64,000 nt of DNA from an uncultured Bacilli bacterium (GTDB taxonomy: Bacteria; Bacillota_I; Bacilli_A; RF39; UBA660). Shown one piece after another: positions 37,579 to 46,142 of the stretch (the stretch's first letter is position 1; each line of letters starts with the position of its first letter). Location: NCBI GenBank assembly GCA_963929435.1, contig CAWVIV010000019.1, positions 21,690 to 85,689 of the forward strand, read 5' to 3'. The translations under genes and the position numbers were made by a program. A model generated the notes under the pieces. That model had not been told where the DNA came from, did no database searches, and saw only the letters and a list, made by a program, of their open reading frames with translations.

Positions 37579-39630
37579 TTACCTTTCCTTTATAATATTT
37601 TTACTACATAAATATGTAATTATAAAATATCCACCATATACAAAGACAATAATTCCAGCTGTCATAATAATTGATTTTAATAATTCACCTTTACCAAATG
37701 TTTCCAATATATAAAGACAGAATTTAATACCAAATATAGAATGAATAATTGCAATAATTAATGGGAACAAGAAGAATATTCCAATTTGTCTAAATAGAGC
37801 TTTATTAAGCATTTTTTCATCAGTTCCTATTTTTCTTAACATTCTAAATCTTTCTTTATTATCTGTTGATTCTGATAATTCTTTTAGTGCTAAAATGGCT
37901 GCACTAGCAATTAAGAAGATAATTCCAAGATATAAACCAATAAATGTGATCATAGCTCCAAGTCCAATACTACCTTCGTATATTGCAAGTTTGGTACTCG
38001 CACCTATATCTGTGTTTGATGCGTAAGGACTGTTATCTAAATCTATAATCATATTTTCTATTTCTTGTTTTTCTTTATCATCATTTGCATTGTAATTAGC
38101 AACTAACATTCCTGTTTCTCTAACGTAACCGTTTAAAACTTCATCTGGTACTACAAATATCCCCATGTTTACATGACTACTTGTCATATTAATAAACCCA
38201 TTAATACATTCATCATATTTAGGTGTTAAAGTATAACCATTTATCATAATTGGTGTATCTAATTCTAACCCTTGATTTCTAATATCTATCCACGAATCAA
38301 AATCAGCAATTATTGCATATTCATTATTACTTAAATGAATTTCAGCTAAATTATATAATTTAGCAAGTTTATTATAATCACTCACTTTAATAAATTGTTC
38401 AGCAGTATCATATTTTAAATATGGAAATTCTTGAGATATTTTTTCATAAGCATCTCCAAGTGTATTTTTAACTAATATATCATTACTTGCATATACATAA
38501 AATTCTACAACATCTTTGAAATACTTATCAGCATCAAAACCTAATCTATCCAATGTTTCACTTACAGAAATTTTAGAATCTTCTATAACTTCCTTTGAAT
38601 ATCCTGAATCTAGTGGTAAGTCCATTTTCTTATTAATTTCTATATCGGCTGGAGCAAGTTCCTTAATATTCGCCGTCATTGAATTTCTAATTGAAATAGC
38701 ACTTGATAAAACACATATTGTAAAAAATAACATCAAACATATAATAGTCATTGAAAATACAGTCGTGTTTATTTTGCTACTAAACTGTCTTAACGTAAAA
38801 CTATTTAGTCCCTTATAATAAACGTTTTTCATACTCATAAATATTTTGAGTAATAAACCAGATAAAGACCAAAAAATAAAGAATGTTGATAATGCTCCAA
38901 GAGCGATAGGAATAAGTATTTTATCAGCAGTTTGCATATCTGTTACTCCACCTGTAACACAGTAGTATGCATAACCTAATGCTATTACAGAAATAATAAA
39001 TACAATTACACAAATCCAAGGATTTTTTAATTTTATTTTTTCTGATTTTTTGTTCGCATTAAGTAAATCAATTAACTTACAACGACTTACATTATATGTG
39101 TTAAATATCATTACTAGAATATACATAACACTAAAGTAAATAAGTGTTTTGATACAAGCAGATGATGAGAAAACAAACTCAAATTCTGTCATTTTGGCTT
39201 CAAACATATTTGCTACAAACAAACTCATAAGTTGTGATAAACCAGTACCAAGTATTAATCCTATGGCAAGTGATATAACGCCGACTATTAATGTTTCAAA
39301 GAATAAGATAAGTGATATTTTTCTTTTACTCATACCAAGAGTTAAATAAATACCAAATTCCTTATGTCTTCTTTTCATTAAAAATCTATTTGCATATATA
39401 ATCAAAAAACCTAATATAAATGCCACGAAAACACTTACACCAGAAAGCATACTTGTCATTAAATCAATAATCTCATAAGTAGATTCTGATACTTGCATCA
39501 TAACTGTTTGACTATCGATTGCATTAAATATATAAAATATTGCAACACCTAATATTAAAGTAAAAAAGTAGATGGCGTAGTCTTTTATACTTCTCGCAAT
39601 ATTTTTAAGGGATAACTTAAAGAGCATCAT
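37579..39630 (-). CDS. BceB-type ABC permease (FtsX domain), copy 2
   Basis: 683 aa. Begins MMLFKLSLKNIARSIKDYAIYFFTLILGVAIF, with 10 TM and a large extracellular loop. Overlaps the ATPase gene. Confidence 0.8.
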   Translation of the reverse strand: MMLFKLSLKNIARSIKDYAIYFFTLILGVAIFYIFNAIDSQTVMMQVSESTYEIIDLMTSMLSGVSVFVAFILGFLIIYANRFLMKRRHKEFGIYLTLGMSKRKISLILFFETLIVGVISLAIGLILGTGLSQLMSLFVANMFEAKMTEFEFVFSSSACIKTLIYFSVMYILVMIFNTYNVSRCKLIDLLNANKKSEKIKLKNPWICVIVFIISVIALGYAYYCVTGGVTDMQTADKILIPIALGALSTFFIFWSLSGLLLKIFMSMKNVYYKGLNSFTLRQFSSKINTTVFSMTIICLMLFFTICVLSSAISIRNSMTANIKELAPADIEINKKMDLPLDSGYSKEVIEDSKISVSETLDRLGFDADKYFKDVVEFYVYASNDILVKNTLGDAYEKISQEFPYLKYDTAEQFIKVSDYNKLAKLYNLAEIHLSNNEYAIIADFDSWIDIRNQGLELDTPIMINGYTLTPKYDECINGFINMTSSHVNMGIFVVPDEVLNGYVRETGMLVANYNANDDKEKQEIENMIIDLDNSPYASNTDIGASTKLAIYEGSIGLGAMITFIGLYLGIIFLIASAAILALKELSESTDNKERFRMLRKIGTDEKMLNKALFRQIGIFFLFPLIIAIIHSIFGIKFCLYILETFGKGELLKSIIMTAGIIVFVYGGYFIITYLCSKNIIKER

Positions 39631-40384
39631 TTAAATCCCCACCTAGAAGGGTTACAACATCTATAATTTTATCAAAAAATTCTTTCCTAGAATCACTACC
39701 TCTATGTAGTTCATTAAAGATTTTACCATCCTTGATAAATATTACACGACTTGCATAACTTGCTGTAAAAGCATCATGTGTAACCATAAGAATTGTTGCC
39801 ATTAATTCTTTGTTTAAATATGTAAATCTTTCAAGTAACATTTTTGCTGATTTAGAATCTAATGCTCCTGTTGGCTCATCTGCTAAAACAAGTTTTGGAT
39901 TTGTAATTATTGCTCTAGCTGATGCTACTCTTTGCTTTTGTCCTCCACTCATTTGATACGGATATTTCTTTAAAACATCCTTAATATCAAGTTCCTTTGC
40001 AACTTTATCAATTCTTTTTGCAATGTCACTAGCACTTACATTTTGAATAGAAAGAGCTAAAGCAATATTCTCATAAGCAGTCAGAGTATCAAGTAAATTA
40101 AAGTCTTGAAAAATAAAACCTAATTCTTCTCTTCTAAATTTATTTAATTTATTACCCTTTAATTTTGTAATGTCTTCTCCATCTACATAGATGTGTCCAC
40201 TTGTTACTCTATCTATTGTAGATATACAATTTAAAAGAGTTGTTTTTCCTGATCCACTTGCACCCATGATAGCAACAAACTCACCCTTATCTACTTCAAA
40301 TGAGATATTGTCAATTGCTTTGGTAAGACTAGATCTACTACCGTAATATTTTTCAACTTTATCAATCTTTAAAATATTTTCCAT
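39617..40384 (-). CDS. BceA-type ABC ATP-binding protein, copy 2
   Basis: Walker A GASGSGKTTLLN, signature MSGGQKQR, Walker B LVLADEPTGALD. About 65% identical to copy 1 by eye. Confidence 0.85.
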   Translation of the reverse strand: MENILKIDKVEKYYGSRSSLTKAIDNISFEVDKGEFVAIMGASGSGKTTLLNCISTIDRVTSGHIYVDGEDITKLKGNKLNKFRREELGFIFQDFNLLDTLTAYENIALALSIQNVSASDIAKRIDKVAKELDIKDVLKKYPYQMSGGQKQRVASARAIITNPKLVLADEPTGALDSKSAKMLLERFTYLNKELMATILMVTHDAFTASYASRVIFIKDGKIFNELHRGSDSRKEFFDKIIDVVTLLGGDLNDAL

Positions 40385-40455
40385 AAAAATTCTCCTTTCT
40401 GCTAATAATTTTATGACAAAAAAGGGACTTTGTCGTTATTCTAATATTACAGAAC

Positions 40456-40471
40456 ATTACAATTTCGTAAT
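40456..40471 (-). promoter_or_regulatory. candidate BceR-type box TTACGAAATTGTAAT upstream of bceA copy 2
   Basis: 13 of 15 positions match the box at 30866-30881. Lies about 72-87 nt upstream of the ATG. Confidence 0.45.
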
Positions 40472-40485
40472 ACTAAAAATACTTA

Positions 40486-41502
40486 TTAATCCCCTATCTT
40501 ATAAAAATCATTTTTTGCAAAAGATATAACAACCTTTGTATATTCTCCCTCTTTAGATTCAATCCTAACTTTATGACCTAATTTTCTACATAATTTTTTT
40601 ACGAGATAAAGCCTCATACCAGTTGATTTAGAAGTAGCTCTACCATTTTCTCCTGTAAATGTTTTTTCAAATACTCTTTTAATATCTTTCTCTGGTATTC
40701 CAATACCATTATCATAAATAATTAAATCTACTTGTTTTGAAGTTTCCACAGCACTAATTTTAATAATGCTATTATTATCTTTAGTATATTTCATACTATT
40801 ACTAACAACTTGATTCACGATAAATTCTAGCCATTTTGAATCTGTTAATACTTTTATATCAGATAGTTCTACTTCAAAACTAATATTTCTTTCTAATAAA
40901 TCATTTTTGTTTTTCATGGCTACTGAATTAATTACTTTTTTCAAACTGGTGTCTTTAATTAAATAATCTTTTTCAGCATTCTCACTTCTAACAAAATAAA
41001 GGATTTGATCCACATAATCATCTATTCTTCTTATTTGCTCATCATATTTTTTGTCTACATTTGTTTTATGATTATGATTCATTAAAACTAAACTAGAAAT
41101 AGGAAGTTTAATTTCATGTATCCAAAGTTCCACATATTCTTTAAAATCATTCAAACTTATTTCTAAATCTTTGACATTTTCATTCATTGATTTATTAATT
41201 TCATATAATACTTGGTATAGTATTTTTCCATCATAAAAAGATGGCTCATTTAACATTTCTAAAACAAGATACTTTTTATCAAGTTTATCTACATTATTTA
41301 TTAAATTAGTGTAAAATCTTCTTCTTTTAATATACCCAGTTAAAATTATCATAATGAAAAATAACAAAAATACTACTGTTATTCCTATAATAACTTCTTT
41401 TGAAATTTTAAAAGCAAATAGCATCATTAGAACAATGAAATATCCGAATAAAGCAAATAATATCTCTAACCATTTATCAAAAACATATTTACTAAATTTC
41501 AT
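40486..41502 (-). CDS. BceS-like intramembrane-sensing histidine kinase, copy 2
   Basis: Two N-terminal TM, H-box HEIKLPISSL, HATPase_c region (DNGIGI, GMRLYLVKKL). Confidence 0.8.
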   Translation of the reverse strand: MKFSKYVFDKWLEILFALFGYFIVLMMLFAFKISKEVIIGITVVFLLFFIMIILTGYIKRRRFYTNLINNVDKLDKKYLVLEMLNEPSFYDGKILYQVLYEINKSMNENVKDLEISLNDFKEYVELWIHEIKLPISSLVLMNHNHKTNVDKKYDEQIRRIDDYVDQILYFVRSENAEKDYLIKDTSLKKVINSVAMKNKNDLLERNISFEVELSDIKVLTDSKWLEFIVNQVVSNSMKYTKDNNSIIKISAVETSKQVDLIIYDNGIGIPEKDIKRVFEKTFTGENGRATSKSTGMRLYLVKKLCRKLGHKVRIESKEGEYTKVVISFAKNDFYKIGD

Positions 41503-42173
41503 AACAACTTATATCCTAGTCCCTTTCTTGTTTCAATTGCATTTTCTATTCCAAAAGATTCTAGTTTTGCTCTTAATCTGCTTATATTTACGGTCAAAGC
41601 ATTTTCGTTAATATATTCTTCATTATTCCATAGTTCTGTCATTAATTCATCACGAGTTACTATATTGGAGCGATTATTTAATAAATAAGAAAATATAATC
41701 ATTTCATTTTTAGTTAAATCTAATATTTCTTCGCCCTTCATTAAAATTCCTTTACTTTGATATACTTTTATATCATCATAGGTAAGAAAGTCTGCACTTT
41801 TTTCCATTCTTTTGAAAATATTAGATATTCTTAATAATAAAATTGTTGGATTATAAGGTTTTGTTATATAATCATCTGCACCATAACTCATAGACAATAC
41901 TTCATCAGTTTCTCCTACTCTACTTGTTACCATAATTACTGGGATATTAGACTGCTTTCTAAACTCTTTTAATAAAGTTTCGCCATTCATTTTAGGTAAA
42001 TTTATATCTAATAGAAGCAAATCAAATTTACTCTTTAATATATCCTCTAAAGTATTATCAAATCGTTCCAATAAGATAACCTTATATCCAGATGTTTCTA
42101 AAAGTGTTTTAAGTTCATCTCTTATTGATTTTTCATCTTCGACTATCATGATTGTTTTCAAAATAACCACCAC
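41499..42173 (-). CDS. BceR-like OmpR-family response regulator, copy 2
   Basis: Receiver domain (IMIVEDEKSIRDEL…LLLDINLP) plus a winged-helix C-terminus. Confidence 0.85.
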   Translation of the reverse strand: MVVILKTIMIVEDEKSIRDELKTLLETSGYKVILLERFDNTLEDILKSKFDLLLLDINLPKMNGETLLKEFRKQSNIPVIMVTSRVGETDEVLSMSYGADDYITKPYNPTILLLRISNIFKRMEKSADFLTYDDIKVYQSKGILMKGEEILDLTKNEMIIFSYLLNNRSNIVTRDELMTELWNNEEYINENALTVNISRLRAKLESFGIENAIETRKGLGYKLL

Positions 42174-42269
42174 ATTTCATATATAATTATACCATGTTTT
42201 ACACTTACTTTATATTACATTAATGTAATGATTTAAAATTTGTTGAAATAGTTAATAATATATACTAAT

Positions 42270-42378
42270 ATTAAATAGTCAGATGACACAAAAGCAGTAT
42301 GCAGTATCGTGTTTATCTGATACAGTCGAAGTTTGGCTGTGTAGTAGATCGTCTGCTAGTATAGAGACGATTTTTTTA
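42270..42378 (+). ncRNA. candidate small RNA of about 110 nt, GC-enriched relative to surroundings. It has a TTGAAA-17-TAATAT promoter (42234-42262) and a strong intrinsic terminator (42348-42378).
   Basis: The plus strand has no ORF. The terminator AUCGUCU-gcuaguauag-AGACGAU + U7 is orphan with respect to coding genes. The body is about 42% GC in a roughly 26% GC context. Confidence 0.3.
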
Positions 42379-42431
42379 TGAAAAAAATAAGTATTAAAAT
42401 AATACCTATTTAATAGTTTAGGGTGGTACTG

Positions 42432-42980
42432 CTAATTTACTACTTCTATATTATTTTCTTCGTTATACTTATTTTTCCAGTTATTATATTTTAGATATTG
42501 TAAGGTTGCAATATATCTTAATGCTATCCACATAAGAGCATCATAAAATTGCTCTTTTTTTATTTCTGTGGAAAAACAATATTTTTCAATAATAGAAACA
42601 TCTACTGGTAATTCAAGTTTTCTATCTTTATGTCCCATAACTTTATATAAAATATCATCAGCTATCATATCGCATTCCTCAATTATTGATTCAAAGTCAT
42701 CTTTCTTACTTTTATAATAATCTGTAACATCATCAACATATCTAATAACTTTAGAATATTCTGCAATATCTAATTTTTCTTGTAATTCTTTTAGTGAGTC
42801 ATTAATTAATATACTCATTACATCAATTCTACTTTTTTCTGGTAAATTATTCACATTAGAAATAACTTCATTAAAATCAAAATCCAAAACTTCCATTATT
42901 TTAAATAAATCTGCTTCTATTGTATTTGTAATATTTTGGGCTATTTTTTTAGAATTGAATTTCTCTATTTCTTTTTTCAT
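42432..42980 (-). CDS. hypothetical protein
   Basis: 182 aa, soluble and acidic, no family recognised. Divergent from the XRE regulator gene. Confidence 0.4.
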   Translation of the reverse strand: MKKEIEKFNSKKIAQNITNTIEADLFKIMEVLDFDFNEVISNVNNLPEKSRIDVMSILINDSLKELQEKLDIAEYSKVIRYVDDVTDYYKSKKDDFESIIEECDMIADDILYKVMGHKDRKLELPVDVSIIEKYCFSTEIKKEQFYDALMWIALRYIATLQYLKYNNWKNKYNEENNIEVVN

Positions 42981-43102
42981 AAATCTGCTCCTTCTCTATT
43001 ACCCTAAACTACTTTAATAATTATAACACCCTTTTATAAAATAACCCAGCATTTTATTAATACTTATCATTTTAATGGGAAAATTATTATTGGTGATAAG
43101 CT

Positions 43103-43531
43103 ATGTTGATAATGAATAATTTAAAGTATTGTCGTGAAGAATTAGAAATAACACAAGAAGAACTAGGTAATGTTTTAGGGGTATCAAGAAAAACTGTTAC
43201 TGGTTGGGAAAATAATCACGATACCATGCCATTACCTAAACTAATTAGATTTTGTAATTTATATAAATTTTCTGCAAATTATGTTACAGGTTTATCTAAA
43301 ACAAATAACTACATTGAATTAGAAAAAGCAAACAAAACCAAAATTGGTAATAGACTTAAAACTATCAGAACTAAATTAAATATTACTCAACAAGATATTG
43401 CTGATGAATGTATGATTTCTCAAGCAACTTATAGTGGCTATGAAAATGGTAAATTTTTGATAACTACAATGACTCTATTTACAATTTGTTATAACCATAA
43501 AATATCTATGGATGAAATATTAAAAAAATAA
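43103..43531 (+). CDS. XRE-family regulator with two tandem HTH_3 domains (paralogue of 23891..24340)
   Basis: TQEELGNVLGVSRKTVTGWENN and TQQDIADECMISQATYSGYENG. Same architecture and linker (…KLNDFCNYYGVSLDYICGLTNTKKY vs …KLIRFCNLYKFSANYVTGLSKTNNY). Confidence 0.8.
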   Translation: MLIMNNLKYCREELEITQEELGNVLGVSRKTVTGWENNHDTMPLPKLIRFCNLYKFSANYVTGLSKTNNYIELEKANKTKIGNRLKTIRTKLNITQQDIADECMISQATYSGYENGKFLITTMTLFTICYNHKISMDEILKK

Positions 43532-44293
43532 TTATTTTTCTAAATCCAATAAATCATCATAACTCCATAAGTCATCAATATCTAAATTTAACTTTTTAAT
43601 ATTCCAAGTTATTGAGTTTTTAAAGTAACCAAATTTATTTTTTATTGGATTCCCATCTTCATCTTTAAATTTTTTATTTATTACTCTAGGTACAATGTAA
43701 TGAATTATTTGAATTAAATCTTTATATGAATTTTCTTCAAGAAGATTATTAAATAAATCATCATAATAAAAAATTTGAATATCATTCTCGTCTATATAGC
43801 CACTATCAATTAGTTCAAGAGTTAATCTGTTGTGTTCTTCTGGCACAAAAAAAGATGATATTTCCGTTTTATCATCTTTATCTATTTGTTTTTTAGTATT
43901 TATTATATTAGTATTTATTTGTGTAGGCGTTTCCACATCTGGATTATCCAGGTGTGGATTTTCCGTATCTGGATAATTTTTATCATTATCAAGTTCTATA
44001 AAATGAGGTACTTCATAAATCAAATAATTATATTCAAAATACCCTTTATCTCCTCTTACTTTTTCTATTTCTAAATAATGGTGTTCTTGCAATTCCTTTA
44101 GGATAGATCTTATACCATCTCTACCTTCTTTACTAATTGAACATAACCCTGCTAATGAATAGTCCCAGTCTTCAGGCAAACTAAGCATAAATGATAACAA
44201 TCCTTTTGCTTTGTATGATAAATTATGATCTCTTAAATGATAATTAGACATAACTGTATAATTACTATTTTTCTCTATTTTAAAAACTGACAT
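43532..44293 (-). CDS. putative replication-initiator / replisome-organiser-like protein (N-terminal winged-helix domain)
   Basis: N-terminal MSNYHLRDHNLSYKAKGLLSFMLSLPEDWDYSLAGL…GIRSILKELQEHHYLEIEKV resembles the wHTH of Gram-positive plasmid/phage replication proteins. Contains a DTENPHLDNPDVETP peptide repeat encoded by a DNA repeat at 43930-43975. Tentative. Confidence 0.4.
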   Translation of the reverse strand: MSVFKIEKNSNYTVMSNYHLRDHNLSYKAKGLLSFMLSLPEDWDYSLAGLCSISKEGRDGIRSILKELQEHHYLEIEKVRGDKGYFEYNYLIYEVPHFIELDNDKNYPDTENPHLDNPDVETPTQINTNIINTKKQIDKDDKTEISSFFVPEEHNRLTLELIDSGYIDENDIQIFYYDDLFNNLLEENSYKDLIQIIHYIVPRVINKKFKDEDGNPIKNKFGYFKNSITWNIKKLNLDIDDLWSYDDLLDLEK

Positions 44294-44401
44294 TTTTACA
44301 CCTCCACAAGAAAAATGAAAAATAAATATTTTTCATAAGAATTCCTGACGGAATTCCTTTTTTTATGTTATTTAATGCTATCATCATAATAGTGATGTAG
44401 T

Positions 44402-45691
44402 ATGTCTAGAGACAATAATATAATTGAAATAGATAAACCATGTATATCTGAACAAGAATTTATAGAATTCATGTTAGATCGTGACTATAATGAGAATATG
44501 TTTAATAAAGATGGAACTCTTAATAAAAATTATAATTCTTCTAAAGTTACTGGCCTTATTTCTACTATCTTAGAAGATTACTCTGATGAATTCTTTAATA
44601 AATATGGTGATCAGATAAATAAATATAGACCTAATGCTTATATTGAAATCAAAAAAGTAATTGATTGTAATAATAAAAACTTAGGTTGTTCCCTATACCA
44701 ATGTCCTAACTGTGGTGATATTGTTTTTATTGGACATACTTGTAAATCTCGTCTCTGTACTTCTTGCGGTTACAAATATAAAAACGAAAGAGTTGAAAAC
44801 ATCTTAGAAACTGCTTATGCTTGTAATCATAGACAAATTGTTTTTACTATTCCTAAAGAATTAAGACCTATTTTCTATTATCCATATGAAGAAAGAATTG
44901 ATATTTTATTTGAGGCTGTTAAAGATACTATTTATTCTATTTTTAATTTATCTTATAAGAAAACTAAAGATGGTAAAACTAAAGAATATAAAAGTAAAAC
45001 TAAATGGATTCCAGGTTTCTTCGCTTTTCTTCATACATTTGGTAGAGACTTGAAATGGAATCCTCATATTCATGTTTTAATAGCAGAACTCAAAATATCA
45101 GGTGATAAGGTATGTAAATGTAATTATTTTGATTATGATGCTTTATCTAAAAGATTTCAAAAAATATTACTTGACTTACTCAGTAAAAGATTAGATAAAA
45201 ATATTTTTTCTAATGACTTTAAAAAAGAACTTTTCTTAAATCATAAAAATGGTTTATATGTCTATGCTGAACCAAAAAAATTTAAGTCTTTAAAAGATGG
45301 AGTTGAATATGTTACTAGATATTGTGGTAGACCTGCCATTAGTGAAAATAGAATTATTAATTATGATGGTGAAAATGTTACTTTTTCCTATAATGCTCAT
45401 GAAGATGAATCTTATCATGAAGTTACTATTTCTGCTCTAGAATTTATCAAACTTTTAATTAGACATCTTGTTCCTTATCAATTTAAGACTATAAGATACT
45501 ATGGTTTCTATAGAAAGAAACCTAGTTGTTTTGATAAGATTAATAAACTTATTAATAAAGAAAAGTATACAATTAGAAAAACTCTTCTTAAATATAGGCT
45601 TTCTATTATGAATGCTTTTAATAGAGATCCTTACACTTGTCCTAGATGTGGATATATGTTAAATTATCTTTTAGAAATGACTGGAGGTTAA
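44402..45691 (+). CDS. IS91-family transposase (zinc-binding N-domain plus Y2 HUH transposase domain)
   Basis: CPNCG…CKSRLCTSC zinc ribbon. HUH motif NPHIHVLI. Tyrosine pair YVTRY (Y-x3-Y). Confidence 0.8.
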   Translation: MSRDNNIIEIDKPCISEQEFIEFMLDRDYNENMFNKDGTLNKNYNSSKVTGLISTILEDYSDEFFNKYGDQINKYRPNAYIEIKKVIDCNNKNLGCSLYQCPNCGDIVFIGHTCKSRLCTSCGYKYKNERVENILETAYACNHRQIVFTIPKELRPIFYYPYEERIDILFEAVKDTIYSIFNLSYKKTKDGKTKEYKSKTKWIPGFFAFLHTFGRDLKWNPHIHVLIAELKISGDKVCKCNYFDYDALSKRFQKILLDLLSKRLDKNIFSNDFKKELFLNHKNGLYVYAEPKKFKSLKDGVEYVTRYCGRPAISENRIINYDGENVTFSYNAHEDESYHEVTISALEFIKLLIRHLVPYQFKTIRYYGFYRKKPSCFDKINKLINKEKYTIRKTLLKYRLSIMNAFNRDPYTCPRCGYMLNYLLEMTGG

Positions 45692-45693
45692 CT

Positions 45694-45942
45694 ATGTTTG
45701 ATTTTGATAATTTTCCAATTAAGCTTAGTGGAAAAACAGTTGATTACATCTGTCCAAAATGTAAATATAAATTTGAGGCTCCTATTGAAGCCGTTTTAGA
45801 ATTTGAACAAGAAGATGAGTGGAATGGTTTACCTATTTCTACTCCACCTTATATTATCTGTGGAAAGTGTAAGTATGATAAATGTGTTCCTTTAGATTAT
45901 CGCTCTAAAAGAGGATATCATCACATTTATAAAGAAGATTAA
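45694..45942 (+). CDS. small double-CxxC zinc-ribbon protein. The start is moved to the ATG at 45694, which has a GGAGG RBS.
   Basis: CPKCKYKF…CGKCKY forms a four-Cys zinc ribbon. Translationally coupled to the transposase. Confidence 0.45.
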   Translation: MFDFDNFPIKLSGKTVDYICPKCKYKFEAPIEAVLEFEQEDEWNGLPISTPPYIICGKCKYDKCVPLDYRSKRGYHHIYKED

Positions 45943-46142
45943 TTTTATTTTAGATATGTTATTGATACGAGATTATTATCTCGGTTTTTGTGGTTATGTA
46001 ATTCCTTTTTGAACTTTTATTCGTGACAACACTTTAAGTATAACTTTCCTATTATAAAATAAAAAAAGAATGAAATAAATTTCATTCACCAACCGCTTTG
46101 CGGTTGTTTTCTTTTGTACTACAATATTATTATGGTGGTAAT

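Larger units (their letters stand above)
44330..46105 (+). mobile_element. IS91-family (rolling-circle, HUH-Y2) insertion sequence, copy A. Boundaries are approximate.
   Basis: Contains the transposase gene plus a zinc-ribbon ORF. Flanked by hairpins: GAATTCC-tgac-GGAATTC + T7 at 44338-44362 and AACCGC-ttt-GCGGTT + T-run at 46083-46110. Confidence 0.45.

Noticed and set aside
43930-43975. The DNA repeat CATCTGGATTATCCAGG…TATCTGGATAAT as an IS inverted repeat or intergenic iteron
   Set aside because: It lies inside the 43532..44293 coding sequence and encodes a DTENPHLDNPD peptide repeat. It may still double as a binding site but is not an element boundary.
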